64,000 bases of DNA from Mobula hypostoma. Taxonomy: Eukaryota. Position 1 is the stretch's first letter; each line of letters begins with the position of its first letter. Shown in pieces: positions 48,021 to 60,722 of this stretch. The notes under the pieces were generated by a model. The model was not told where the DNA came from. It ran no database searches and saw only the letters and a list, made by a program, of their open reading frames with translations. The translations under genes were made by a program, and so were the position numbers. The DNA lies in assembly GCF_963921235.1 (NCBI RefSeq), contig NC_086097.1:70682001-70746000 (forward strand). The letters are read 5' to 3'.

Positions 48021-48324
48021 CATATACATTAATTCCAGTTGAAGTTATTATTTGAGCAATGGCAATGCGTAGTGTAGGTGGTGGTGGGGGGGGGGTGTAA
48101 GCGTGTGCATTAATAAAACGAAAATGACACAGATGGCTTCCACTTTTATAATAAAAGTAAGTTAATTGTTGATTTTTTTCCTATGTCAGGAGAGTTGGTA
48201 TAATGGAGAATCAGATGGTTTGAAAGGAACATGCATTTGTAGTTGCAGTGGAAAGAAGCAACTAATTAAAAAAAAAGAAAATTAACTATTTGTGTTCTGA
48301 GACTCACTTTAATTCAAATACAGA

Positions 48325-49760
48325 ATGAACATTTATTGCCCATCCCTAATTCGTCTTGAGTTGATGGAACGGTGATGAAAGAATAGCCACTGTGATGATG
48401 TGTGACTTGGAGGAGAACCTGCAGGTGTTGGTGTCCCAAATTGTATGCTGATCCTTGTTGGGGCTAGACGTTATTGGTTTGGGAGATGATGCTGTAGGGG
48501 GCTCTCTGATTAACTGTAGTGCATTTTGTAGATGGCACGCTGCAGTTGTGGAGGTGTGGGGGGGGGAGGGGAGTGAATAGTCTGTGATGTTGGATTGGGC
48601 ATTGATCAATGGAGCTGATTTGTCTTGGATACTGCTGATCTGCATGACTGCTGATGCCAGCCAGCTGAATAAAATATATTCAAGCATGCACTCAACTTTT
48701 GCCTTGTCGATGGTGGGAAGACTTTAGCAGGCTGGAAGGTGAACCATTTACTGCAGTATACCCAGTCTTTGACTTACACTCATAACCTCAATGGCTGGTC
48801 TAGTTGTGTTTCTGGTTAAACCCCCTCCCCCCTCGAGAATGTTGATGGTGGAGGAGTCAGTGGTGGTGACGCCAATGATGATTGGACTGATCTTTCTGGA
48901 GATTTCTAATGATCAGTCTGGTACAAATGTTATTACTTAGGAGATTATTTCTGAAAATGTTGTCTACCTATAATCTTGGATTTTATTGTCATCTGCGCTA
49001 CAGATTCTCCATATCTGTTTTCTCCATATCTGTTGGACTTTATTCTGCATTGTTTTACCTGGTACTACCTCAATGCACTGTGCAATACATTGATCTGAAT
49101 GAGTACTATGTAAGACAAGCTTTTCACTGTATCTCGATACGTATGGCAATTGTAATAATAGTGCACCTTACTTCATGTAGGTAGGGACCATTTTGTTTTC
49201 TGAGGAGTTGCAAATAAAATAGACTATTTTGTTATGATCAGAGAATATGTCCACTTCTGGGCTTAAGATGAAAGAGAAATCATTGAAGATGGTTTGACCT
49301 AGGAGAATATCTTCCTGCTGCTACACCACGTCCTCAAAGTGAGATTGTTGATAACTGCAATGTGGCCTTCATAGCCATAATCATCTTCCATTGTGTGGGG
49401 ACAATGGGCCAGTCATTGGAGATTATTATGCTGCTGCTTATTGACTTCAGTTTCACCAGGCATCTGGACACCATGGTTGGTCAGGTCTAGCCTTGGTGAG
49501 TAGGACAGTCACTTTCACCTATAGAATGCAACTCTTTGGTCCATGTTGGACCATGGCTCTGATGCCATCTGCGGCTAAGTGGGTCTGATGAAAGCAAAAT
49601 TGAGCACTTACTTTGACAGTGCTGTTAACGAAATCACTTGACAAATGTTTATGGGTAGACTGTTACATGTAATTAGTCAAATTGAATTTTCCAAATTTGC
49701 TGTGCATCTGACATATTTGGACGTATTTCCACATTGTTAGGTGGATGTTAGCATTCTTAG
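48325..49760 (-). mobile_element. Old CR1/L2-group LINE remnant containing a short Rex1-type tail fragment (~48985-49165)
   Basis: ATTTATTGCCCATCCCTAAT terminus and GAACCTGCAGGTGTTGGTGTCCC motifs recalled from shark LINEs; very degenerate. Confidence 0.35.
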
Positions 49761-50439
49761 TTGTGCAACCAGTACACACATGCCTTGATGTCTTTAAGGT
49801 GGTAAGGTGTTATTTTCATCAGAGATCTCATCATTATTACCTGTCGTTAAATATCTGCGAAGGATGGGCAAACACAAGGGATTTTAATTAGCAATGGTAA
49901 TTTCTTGGTTAAATGGCATTTTCAAACTCTTAAGCAGAACGGAATGAGATGCCAGACAACTCCAGATGAAAGGGATCATCTTCCAATAGGAAAGAATAGA
50001 CATGTTCAGGCAGTTCCTTTCCCTGTGAGTGGAACAGCAAATGCTGGAACTTTAATATGGATAATTGAAAATTCTCCTGCGTAGTTCTGAAGAAGGGTCT
50101 TTACATGGAGTAACAATCCTCTTTTCACAGATGCGGCCTGACTGAGAGTTTTCAGTATTTCCTGTTTTATGTTAGTTCTTTCCCTTTTTTAAGTTGTACA
50201 CTATTGCCGTGTGGAGGAATTCTAAGCACTAAGAATACATCTGGTGTGTTCTTTCTGGCACATTCTCACAGTTTATTTCAAACAGGAAATTCTTGTTTCC
50301 TGGTTCTGCACAACATAAGGCTTGGCACACAAGTGATAGTAAATAAATTAAAGCTCCGGTTTGAGAAAGGTGACAGTTAGTTCTGTTTATAACATTTTCC
50401 ACCGTTCTTCTTACATCTTTGCCAAGCTAGATTTTCTCC

Positions 50440-51998
50440 CGTGTCCAGTGGCACTGGCCTCAATGATAATGAAGTGCTTTGAGCGGCTGGTTATGGATCA
50501 CATTAAATCCCATCTTCCTGCTACATTGGACAGTTTCCTGTCGCTTCTCTCTCAAATCAGTCCACTGATGATGCCAATAGACAATAGACAATAGATGCAG
50601 GAGTAGGCCATTCTGCCCTTTGAGCCAGCACCGCTATTCACTGTGATCATGGCTGATCATCCACAATCAGTACCCTTTTCCTGCCTTCTCATCCCTTGAC
50701 TCCGCTATCTTTAAGAGCTGTATCTAACTCTTTCTTCAAAGAATCCAGGGAATTGGCCTCCACTGCCTTCTGAGGCAGAGCATTCGACAGAACTACAATG
50801 CTGTAGCCTCTGCACTCCTCCCTGTCCTGTCCCACCTGGAAAATGGTGCCCCGGACACTACGAAGCTATTTATCTACTTCAGCTTGGTGTTTAATGTGTT
50901 CGTTCCTCAGAAGCTGATGGGTAAACTGTTCTCATTGGGTCTCAACACTTCTCTCTGTAACTGGATCGTGAACTTCTTCACAGAAAGTCAGTCCATGTTG
51001 GCGGAAACTTCTCGAGCTCCATCGCACTGAGCACTGGTGCCTCCCCCCACCCCCAGTGCTGTGTGCTCAGCCCGCTGCTGTTCATGCCACTGACACGTGA
51101 CTGCACTGCTAGATCCAGTTCGAACCGAAACATCAAGTTCGCTGATGACACAATAGTAGTTGGCCTCATCAACAGTAGCAATGAGGCAGCATTCAGAGTG
51201 GCTTGTTGAATGGTTTGAGCACAACAACTTGAGTCCCAAAGTCAAGGTTGTTGACCTTAGGAAGGTGCAGGCTGACCACTCCTCATGGCACATAAATAGC
51301 TTCTTCGTAGAAAGAGTTAGGAGCATCAAGTTTCTGGGAGTGCACATAAAAGATGATCTCACCTAGTTTCTCAACAACACCTCATTAGGCAAGAAAGCAC
51401 AGCAGCACCTCCACATCCTGAGGATATTGAGGTGATTCCATCTCCTATCTCCCCCATTCTAACCAATTTTTACAGGAGCATCATCCAGAGTGTTGAATCA
51501 CTGTCCAATATGGGAATGGTAAGGAATCTGACTGCAAGTCTTTACAAAGGCATGTGAGGACTACTGAGAGGATCGTTAAGGTTCTCTTTTCCACCCCTCG
51601 GAGAAATTTATCAGGAGGGCTGCGTAATCAGGGCCCTTAGCATTGTCAATGATCCCTCCCATCTGTCCAGCAATCCCTTTGATCCGCCACCATCAGACAG
51701 GAAATACAGTAGCATTAGGACAGAACTGTTTGGTGAGGAAGCAGCTTTTTCCCCACAGGTTGTGAGACTATTGAACACCCTGCCAGTACAAAAATCTCAT
51801 CATGAAGTGCCAGCAGCATGATGCTGGTTACTTTTTAATCTGTGTTGTAAGTGCACTTCATGTTTTGTTAATTTATTTGTGGCAATGTTACTATGTGTTG
51901 GTGTGTGATTTACATGTACTGTGTTGTGCACCTTGGTCTGGAGGAATATTGTTTCATTTGGCGGTATACGGTTGAATGACAAGAAACTGAAATTGAAC
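50440..51998 (+). mobile_element. Rex1/Babar LINE RT region and 3'UTR
   Basis: PVALASMIMKCFERLVMDHIKSHLP; IKFADDTIVVGLI; VERVRSIKFLGVHIKDDLT. Confidence 0.88.
50575..50795 (-). mobile_element. CR1 3'UTR inserted in Rex1
   Basis: (CAATAGA)3 tail followed by TGCAGGAGTAGGCCATTC. Confidence 0.75.
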
Positions 51999-52159
51999 TT
52001 TAATAAAATACAATCTTTTTTTGCTGACTTGCCAGCTTCCAAAACAAACAGTAGGTGAAAACACTTCACTGACATTAGTAACTTCTTTTGAAATTTACTG
52101 AGACCTATTAATACAGACCAGATTCCACATCACCAGTTACCAAAGCACTGCACCTGACA

Positions 52160-52440
52160 AGGAGCAGCACAGGGGCACCACCATTGCTGTTGTCTCCTAG
52201 CACCAGAGACCTATGTCCAGTCGTAACCATGGGTACTGTTTAGTAGGTTGCACATTCTCCCTCTGACCCATGTGGGTTTCCTCCGGGTGTTCCAGTTTTC
52301 CCCAATGCCGAAAAAACATGGGAATAGTTCAGGTCACTGTCAGTTGTTATAAAATCTGAATGAGAATGTAGAAAGAAACATAATTGGGTTAGCTTACCTT
52401 TGTGTTTGATGGTCAGTATTGATGAAAGATCTTTTCCATG
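52160..52440 (+). mobile_element. V-SINE/HE1-like SINE
   Basis: TTGCACATTCTCCCTCTGACCCATGTGGGTTTCCTCCGGGTGTTCCAGTTTTCC V domain. Confidence 0.7.
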
Positions 52441-52830
52441 ATTCAAAGATTCAAAATGCATCTATTATAAAGAATGTATAAATTATACAATCTTGAGACT
52501 TGTTTGCTTATCAAGCAGTCGCAAAGCAAGGAAGCTAAAAGTAACCAATTAAAAAAAAGACCAACCTCCATGCCCACAAAGAAAGAGAACAAAAACAAAA
52601 CAAATCATGCAAGCAATAGAAGCGAGCAACAACAACACCATTCTGAACCAAACTGAGTCCACGGAGCAGGCCGGAGTGGGCCCAGAGCCTCAGTATTCAG
52701 CTCATATTAGCGGGGAAGTCATTTCAAAATTTGCAGACACGAAGCACAGCAACTGGGGGCAATCTCATAGCCTTAGTGTCATGGAGAGAGGAGCCCCCCA
52801 GATGAGTCGTGGTGATCTCACCACGATTCT
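52440..52830 (-). mobile_element. Retroposon 3' region related to 4607-5279
   Basis: TTCAAAGATTCAAA tail; GCAGTCGCAAAGCAAG is the reverse of CTTGCTTTGTGGCTGC at ~5177. Confidence 0.45.
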
Positions 52831-55228
52831 ATAACTGTGACTGAGCAGGGAACTGTTACCCACCAAGCAAAGCCTAACAGATGTAGCAACCATAACTGGA
52901 TTGAATCGGTAGAAAAAATATTTTAAGTTAGCTTTTGAGAGCAGGACACCTTCATTTTTACCAAGGAGTCCCTGAGCTCCGTTTGCACAGGACTTTCTTC
53001 TTCGGGTATTCACCTTGTGCGAAACACACCTCCTTGTAACATTCTTCACTTTGAGTTTAAACAAGAACATTAATTGAACTCTCCCCTAGACTGCAATGTC
53101 TGTTCACTATTCAACCATGCATTTATAGGGGAAGCAAAAATGAGATTCTTCACAACTTGTGTGCCTCTTCCTGAATGTTGATTTCAAATTGAGCCCATCT
53201 CAAATCAGCAACGTTATAAAATGGCGGAGAAAGCTTGAGGGGTCAAGTGTCTTAATTGATCTAATTTGAACCCTTCTATGAAAGAGCCACTGGAATTGAT
53301 TTGAAGATCTTAAGGCGGGAAAAGTGAAGATAGTGATGAAGAAGTGGTAATGCAAAGTCTTTAGATGGATCCAGTTTGACTCTTGCCGGAGCAGAAGGAA
53401 ATGGTGCTATGCTACCACAAGTGTATTCAGTGAGCAACTCCACTAAAGACATGCCTCTGCTCAGGAAAACTTGCAAGTTCTATTACATTCTCCACAAATT
53501 GCTGTTTGTAGAACAAACCCTAATTAATGTTGTGGTGATGGGCACGGATGCATACCTCAGTTAAACACAAGTATAATTGGATGGGCATGTAAGTTTTCTG
53601 TTGTAACCTAATGTCACTGTCTGCTTTTATGATTGATTTGAGATTCATTTATTAACTTTAATTGAAATATATTTGACTAGGTTTTATGTTGTAAGCAGAC
53701 CGATTGAGTTACATTTGCTGTAAAATGAAAAAATGTATAACCTGCCCAGCCAGCATTGGGATTTGCTTAAATAAGTTGGGAACTTAGAGTAGATATTGAT
53801 CTTCACTTTACCAATGTCAAAGGGGAATACTTGCAGGAGCTCCTGTGAATTATTCTGTAACTAACAGTATACAGCATGTTTGCCAGGAGTTTTAAAACTT
53901 CAAATCTGGTTTGACACAGAGGGAGATAAAGCACCCATTTCCTAGCAGGTATCAGCAATCAGATCTATTGTAAGATGAGTTCCAGGCAGTGTTGCTACTG
54001 CGACACAGAACTATTACCATGTTCTGCTTTTAGGTATTTCATTCTAATAGCTTTTGTTCCCGTGGCAACGAAGGCCTGGTTATCGGTCCTAATTTTTAGT
54101 AGGAGACAGGAATAGGTGGAGACTCTATATCAACACTTTCAAGGTCTGTTTCTGTTTCTGCGAGAGTAAGTTTTTGTTTGAGAATACTAACCCACAGAAA
54201 AATTCTAGGAAGTAGTTTGAATGATGACTTCATGAGTATATGGATGTTTTACAAAAGTTTTGTGTGATTCCCTTCAGTACATAATGAGCTACATGCACAA
54301 TTGAAAGCCAATTTTTGAATGAATAATCACTTAAATATGATTCTTGGGCGTGTATACAGAGAGTATTTTTAAATAAATCTTGTTGATTTGTCAAAAATAT
54401 TTAAATAAATACTAAATAAATTACAAGATATGAGAAGACAGGACTTAGATCATCATTATTCTTGGTTGTTCTGAATCTTAAACTATAGTTCATTTAACTT
54501 GCTCTGAAAATTTTCAGCACATCTACCCAGCTCCACCAACATCCAGAGAACTTTTAGAAAAAATATTCTGTATAAAATTAGTGTAAGTTAATACTTGGCA
54601 CTTGTCCTTAGACACACTTTGAATTTTTATTCATCTGTTTATATTAATGCAATTTTTGCCATTATCTTGTTTCAATGTGAAGAAAACTTATTGCATATTT
54701 CAACTGTAAATAAAATTCAGTTAGATTTCCACCTCTCAAATTTAATTATTTTAATTGTGAAATGTTAAGTTCCTTACTTCCTTGAATTGTAGGTATTTTT
54801 CATAATGATAACTGGGTTTCATATCAGACTGCCTTTCTCCTGTTTTCAACTATTCCTTGATTCCACTTATGCTTAGTTTTTTATGGCATTTAACTTGACC
54901 ATAATTCAAACAGTAGCACGATTCATCACTGCAGTGCTAGTTGGAGGGTGACTTTATGGAGCCTGGTAATCAAATAATATTGCCATTCTCAAATAGATTT
55001 GGCTTTTTCACCAATATAAAGTCTCCACTTTGTAGTAATGGATTAAGTAATACTTTATCTGGACATAAAATAGCTTAAATTCTGTTTGTATAAAAGGAGT
55101 CGTAATTTAGAGCTGAATTGTTGGTTGCAAAATTAGTTTAATGTAACTTATACCAATGCCTAATTAAAATTAACCATGTTACTGAGTAAGATAATTTTTT
55201 TTCTAGGTCAAAATAATCAGAAAAAGAA

Positions 55229-55317
55229 GACCCTGATGAAGGGTCCCGGCCCAAAGTGTGGACTGTTTGCTTTTTCCTGGCCTGCTGAGTTCCTCCAGCA
55301 TTTTGTGTGTGTTGCAG
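55229..55317 (+). mobile_element. Penelope-type repeat arm with degenerate minimal hammerhead motif
   Basis: CTGATGA(55233)-A-GGG-TCCCGG-CCC-AAAG-TGTG-GACTG, then CCTGCTGAGTTCCTCCAGCATTTTGTGTGTGTTGC. Confidence 0.7.
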
Positions 55318-57784
55318 TACGGATTGAGCCCACTTATTTCGCTTCCATCTGCACGTCATTAGAAACTTCTATTAGGTCAGGATTGAGAGTGATTGGTATC
55401 TTAAATAACCATAGTCTCATCCCAGCAGTAACAGGTGCTATTCTTATGCTAGTTATCTACAGGACATAGTCAAAGATCCAAATATGTTAAAAAAAATCAT
55501 GAGATGCATCAACCTTTCCAATTGGCCTGCATTTCAACATGATGTGTACCAAAATTGTTTCAAGAAGAATATCATATTTTGAAGCATAAAACTCATGCAA
55601 TGTATTTTCACATTGAATTTCTGAAGCAATAGGCAAGCTGTGGTAAAATATTAATAAATTATTGTATCCACTTTGTGCTGAATCATGTACACTACATTTT
55701 GTGGCACAGTTAGCATTGTCCATAATTAATAACCATTATTAACTTAGTTGCACATTGCCAACAGCTTTTTTGTTTGCCGGATCCATGTAGTTTCCATCCA
55801 ATAAAATACTTAAATAAATTAACCTTTATTTAATTCAGGACCATACCTGCGTGGTTCAGATTTTCGTAACCAGAAAACATCTTAGCCTATAATTTTGATG
55901 TACCTGATGAATGTGTGTGGGGCAAATTTGAAATTGTTTATTAATTCATTTTTTAAAAATTTCCAGTTCTCAAAGAATTTACATTTCAGTAATCTGTATG
56001 AACCAGTAAAGCAGCAATATTTCTACCTTGGGCAATAAATGGGTGTGCTCAAATGGCTGGCTGTGGGCAACAACAAGTTATATAATATTAGCTGCATTCT
56101 TGTGGAAGTGTGTGGCATACTTGTTAAAAATTGAGTGTGAATGCATACTAACCCTTACTAACTCAAGTTTGTATTGCCCAGAAAAAAGCATGATCCTAGT
56201 AAGATCTGATAGAGGATACAAGTGTATTAGAGAACTTTGAAGTGGTTTTAGTTCCTTCCTTCCTGCCCTGCGTCATCAAAAGTGGAGGAAAGTTAATAAA
56301 CAAATTTGGTTATTAAAGTTGTACCAAAACAGACGCTTGGCAGATTATTAAAAAACAGCACTGTGTTTAAATTCAGAGCCTGCTGTCAGGAGTAAATGCA
56401 GATTTCATGGGCATGCATTGTCACCAAAGAAGCTGAAAAGTTATGTGTTTAAAAGTTGCTATAAGGCATGAACAAATTGGATTGTTTCTTTTTCCCACCG
56501 GTGTAGGAAGACTGAACTATTGTAAACTGCTACAGCGAGATACTGAGACTGTGTACTGCATACTCAGGAAATGATATGGTAGCTGTATCTGTGAAATCCT
56601 TCTGTTCAGTTTGCTGTTGATAAGAGTCTCTGGACAGGCGAGGCATAAACTAACATCTGTTGAAGCTGCTATCAAGTGTGGGGAATGAACAGTTATAGTT
56701 ATCTTGGTAATTTGAGAGTGAAAATTGTTAGTCGCCAGAAAACTTTTCTTGTGTTACAATTCATACTCTTGGACTTACGTCTTTTTAAATTGGATAAAAG
56801 ATTTATGCGCCAGTGCTAAGCCTTTCTGTTCTTCCTTACAATGACTCTTCATTAAAGTTTTACACATTCCCTCCAACCATTTAATTATTTAAGAGTCCAG
56901 TACAGTATAATGACTTTTGTTTTGCAATTTATATAGGTAATACTGTCTAATTAGCTTTCCTCATGTCTCACACATGGCCTGAAGTATATAAACATTATGC
57001 AGATGGCCTTTACCAAGGAGAAAAAGATGTTATTGCAATTTGCTGATATCCCTCCCCACCTCCATAGCAGGCAGCATGCTGTGAAAGAAGAAACCACGAA
57101 CAGAAAATATTGAGTAATTTACACAGCTGAAACTAGTGATACATTTTGCACTATGGCAGCATTTTACTTTAACTTAATTAAAAGAAAACTGTTTTTGGGA
57201 ATTAAAAATGTATAATTAACACTTCATATAGATTTAGTACAAGTTAGAAGGATGGTTTGTGAAATTGTAAAGATTAGCACTTTACCGTTTCTCATCCCTC
57301 ATATTTCATGTAATTTTTCTAGGTGCTAGCAACTGGGAGAAGATTAATTTTCAATTGGGAAGATGTTATAACATTAATTTGACCAGCACTATCTATATAG
57401 GAGGCCACAGTCCACACCTATCAAGTAGATGGTGCAGAGACGTGAACTTAAAAGAGCAGTTCTCCTTGCTGTTATTTTGTGAAAGTAGCAACATGTTATT
57501 CCTATAGTGTATTAAATATTTAAGAGTATACTTCTAGAAGTGCTTTTAACTCTGTGTAACTCAATACTGGATACTTAGAATGTGGATTTTAAGTATCTTC
57601 CCTTTGAGGATATATTGCTGGATTTTCTTCATGATTTTTCCCATTTAGCTGACCTGACTTTAAACTTAGTGCTAAGGCCAAGGAATGAGGAGATTAATTC
57701 TTGTCAGATGAGCACTTAAGGAACCAAGTTTCCAGTGTAGTTGTCTTGGAGCAGGTTTGAGAAGGATGGCATGCAGCCTAGCCA

Positions 57785-57985
57785 GTCAGTGGTGTAGTGG
57801 CACCCGCACCGGACTTCGAGGCGAGAGGTCTCGGATTCGAGTCTGGCTGGCTTCTAGCACACTTCCCTTCTGTGTTAAGCACTGAGCTCACAATTCAGCC
57901 TCGTAAAAAAAACAGACAGAAGCGCTGAAGAAATAGCAAGATTGCCGTACAATGTGCCACAAGGCGCAGAAAGGGAACAACGGCA
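57785..57985 (+). mobile_element. tRNA-derived SINE
   Basis: A box TGGTGTAGTGG, B box GATTCGAGTC; tail GCCACAAGGCGCAGAAAGGGAACAAC. Confidence 0.6.
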
Positions 57986-58734
57986 ATGTGCAGTTCTTGA
58001 ATAGGAGCTTCAACCATAACTACTTCAACAGGTACTTGTGGAACATGTACAGATAAACCTGTTCTCTCAGAAGACAATTATTCTGTGTGATATTTTAAAA
58101 AAAAGTCCTGATCACCCACTAGCAGGAGTCTGTTGCATCATAAAAATAAAAAGCAGTTGTATATTGTGTTGTGAATCGCACAACTCCTTATGCTGAATAC
58201 ACAGCCCAAAAGGTTACAGAATTGGCAGTGTGACTATATCTTCAGGTGTGCAGAAGATTCCTGAGAACTGCAGGCTTTCCACTCGATCACATTCAGATAT
58301 GACTGATGTGCTTGCAAGTAGTTTATTTATCTTGGACTACTGTGGCCACATGATCTGTGGTCTCTGTAGCTTAATGGACTAAATTTCATGTTCTTCCACA
58401 GCTCGTATTACTTAGTTATTGTGCCATTGAGAATTGTCTTTAGCCGGCTGCGGAATTTTGTTCACATTTGATACGTGGCATCGTTTTTCAGCAGGGTTCA
58501 TGTTTATGGATTATACATCCTCATTTACCAGAGCAGGGGTTGATTTCTGTAACAGGAAGACATTAACGCACTTTACATAATATAGTTAATAAATATAATA
58601 AAACTAAATATTATAGGGCTAACGTGCTGACAGGCAGGTAGTGGGTTAACTGCTGCCTTAAAATGCCCAAAATGTAGGTGAGTGGCAGGTGTCAGAAGAT
58701 AGGAGCAAGGGAGTTAGTTTATGGGGATATCAGC

Positions 58735-59650
58735 ATAGAATTAGGTATATTATCACTGATGTATGTCATGAAATTTGTTGTTTTGCACCAGCAATACAGT
58801 GCAAGACATAAAAATTATTAATGTTACATAATAGATAAATAGTGTAAAAGGTAAATAATAGTGTTCATGGACCATTCAGGAATCTAATGGCAGAGAGGAA
58901 GAAGCTGTTCTGAAAACACTGAGTGTGATTCTTCAGGCTCCCTTGCCTCCTCCTTGAGGGAATTAATGTGAAGGCGGCAGGTTCTAGATGGTGAGGGTCT
59001 TTAATGATGGATGCCACCATCTTGAGGCACGGCCTCATGAAGGTGCCCTTGATTGTGGGGAGGGTTGTGCCTGTGATGGAGCTGGCTATGTTTACAACCC
59101 TCTGCAGCTTCTTATGATCCTGTGCGTTGGAGCCTCCATCCGCCTGTGATGCTTCCAGTTGGAATGCTCTGAACCGTACATTTATAGAATTTTGCAGGTC
59201 TTTGGGAAAATACCAACTCTCCTCAAACTCCAGCAAAGGAGAACTTCTTGTGTGCTTCCTTCATATGCTGGTCCTAGGGCAGATTCTCGGAGATGTTGAC
59301 ACCCAGGAACTTACAGCCACTCACCCTTTACACCATAGACTGACTCAATGAGGGTGGTATGTGTTCTCCCAACTTTCCCTTCATGAAGTGCACTACGGTG
59401 CCAGCGACCCTGGTTCAACTCTGCCTCTCTCTGTAAGGAGTTTGTATGTTCTCCCCATGACTCTGGGGGTTTCCTCCCACATTTGAAAGACGTATAGGTA
59501 AGTAGGTGAATTGGTTCCATGGGTGCAAATGGGCAGCACAGTCCCTTTGGGCTGGAGAGGCCAGTTTCCTGTGCAATATCTAAATAAAATAAAATAAAAC
59601 TCATTGGAACTGCTGATATTGAGGGCAAGGTTGTTGTTGCGACACCACTC
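58735..59650 (-). mobile_element. Rex1/Babar 3' fragment with a plus-strand V-SINE nested at ~59392-59600
   Basis: ORF 58865-59236 KKLQRVVNIASSITGTTLPTI...FQNSFFLSAIRFLN; V domain GGAGTTTGTATGTTCTCCCCATGAC and (TAAAA)n tail. Confidence 0.8.
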
Positions 59651-59659
59651 TTCACTTGT

Positions 59660-60140
59660 TCTTCCAGTCCATTGTCGCCAGCACAGTCCTCTGTGTGGTG
59701 CTGTGCTGGGACAATGCCATCGACACGGGTGACGCCAACAGGCTCAATAAACTGATTAGAAAGGCTGGCTCTGTTATAGGAGTCAAACTGGATACACTGA
59801 GGCTGTGGTAGAACAAAGGACCTTCCGGAAAATCCTGGCAATTCTGGACAATGTTTCACCTTGGCTGAACAGAGGAGCACATTTAGTAATAGACTAACGC
59901 AACTGCACTGTTCCAAAGAGCGCTGTATGAGGTCATTCTTACCCTCAGACATTAGGCTCTATCATAAGTCAATCTAGAGCAGGGGAAGTGGTGACACCCA
60001 ACTGTTAAACTGTTTGTAGTAACTTATTTTTTATTCTTTCTTACTTCTCTTCTAATATTTGTGTATTTGTTTATCTGTGCTCTTGTAATGCTACGGTGAT
60101 ACTGTAATTTCCTTTGGGATCAGTAAAGGATCTATCTAGC
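59660..60140 (+). mobile_element. Second Rex1/Babar family, 3' end
   Basis: VVLCW...DANRLNKLIRKAGSVIGVKLDTL...ERCMRSFLPSDIRLY; TTTCCTTTGGGATCAGTAAAG + TATC tail. Confidence 0.8.
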
Positions 60141-60267
60141 ACTCAACCAGCCATTTTATCTCACAGCTGTACATCTCCTTGTTGCCATAGCATGTATATG
60201 AAGGCCCTGTTCACATGTTGTACGACTTACAAAAAAATGTACAATTAGTCATAGAGTGCGTTGTGAC

Positions 60268-60722
60268 TGTCATCGAAAGCCACCAGAGACACACGCAGCT
60301 GGTGGTATGAAAGCCTTTAATCGACACATACAAGCTGACGGTATTTGGAATCACTCTGGATAGTGGCTCCCTGGCCCAAAATTACATCACGTTTTGATAT
60401 GCTAAAGATCAAAACAATGGCAGAACAATTTCTGTAGTTACAATGTATTCATAATGCTTCCTTTGAGTTGCATATAATTTTCAGATACCTAGATATTCAC
60501 ACCAACACTCTAGACACCCTAAATTAAATGTTAATCTCTGAGCTCCATTTGCGTATATGCAGACATCTCAGGTTAATAAGGTATTCTGGGGTTTCTTGAT
60601 TTGCAATCGACTTCAGTCTGCAGCTTCAAGAAGACCATTGCTCTGAGCTGCATTTTAAATTCAATCTACAATCCACATTCAGATCTGAAGGCTTGTTGCT
60701 GTTGAAATTAATATTTGCTACA
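60268..60722 (-). mobile_element. 3' LTR (455 bp) of retrovirus-like element
   Basis: Minus strand TGTAG...TGACA; preceded by PPT-like GGAGGTTAGGAA (60723-60734); ATTAAA ~50 nt from the 3' end. Confidence 0.75.

Noticed and set aside
59311..59952. 213-aa minus-strand ORF, among the longest in the track
   Set aside because: Chance read-through across three different repeats (antisense Rex1, V-SINE, Rex1)
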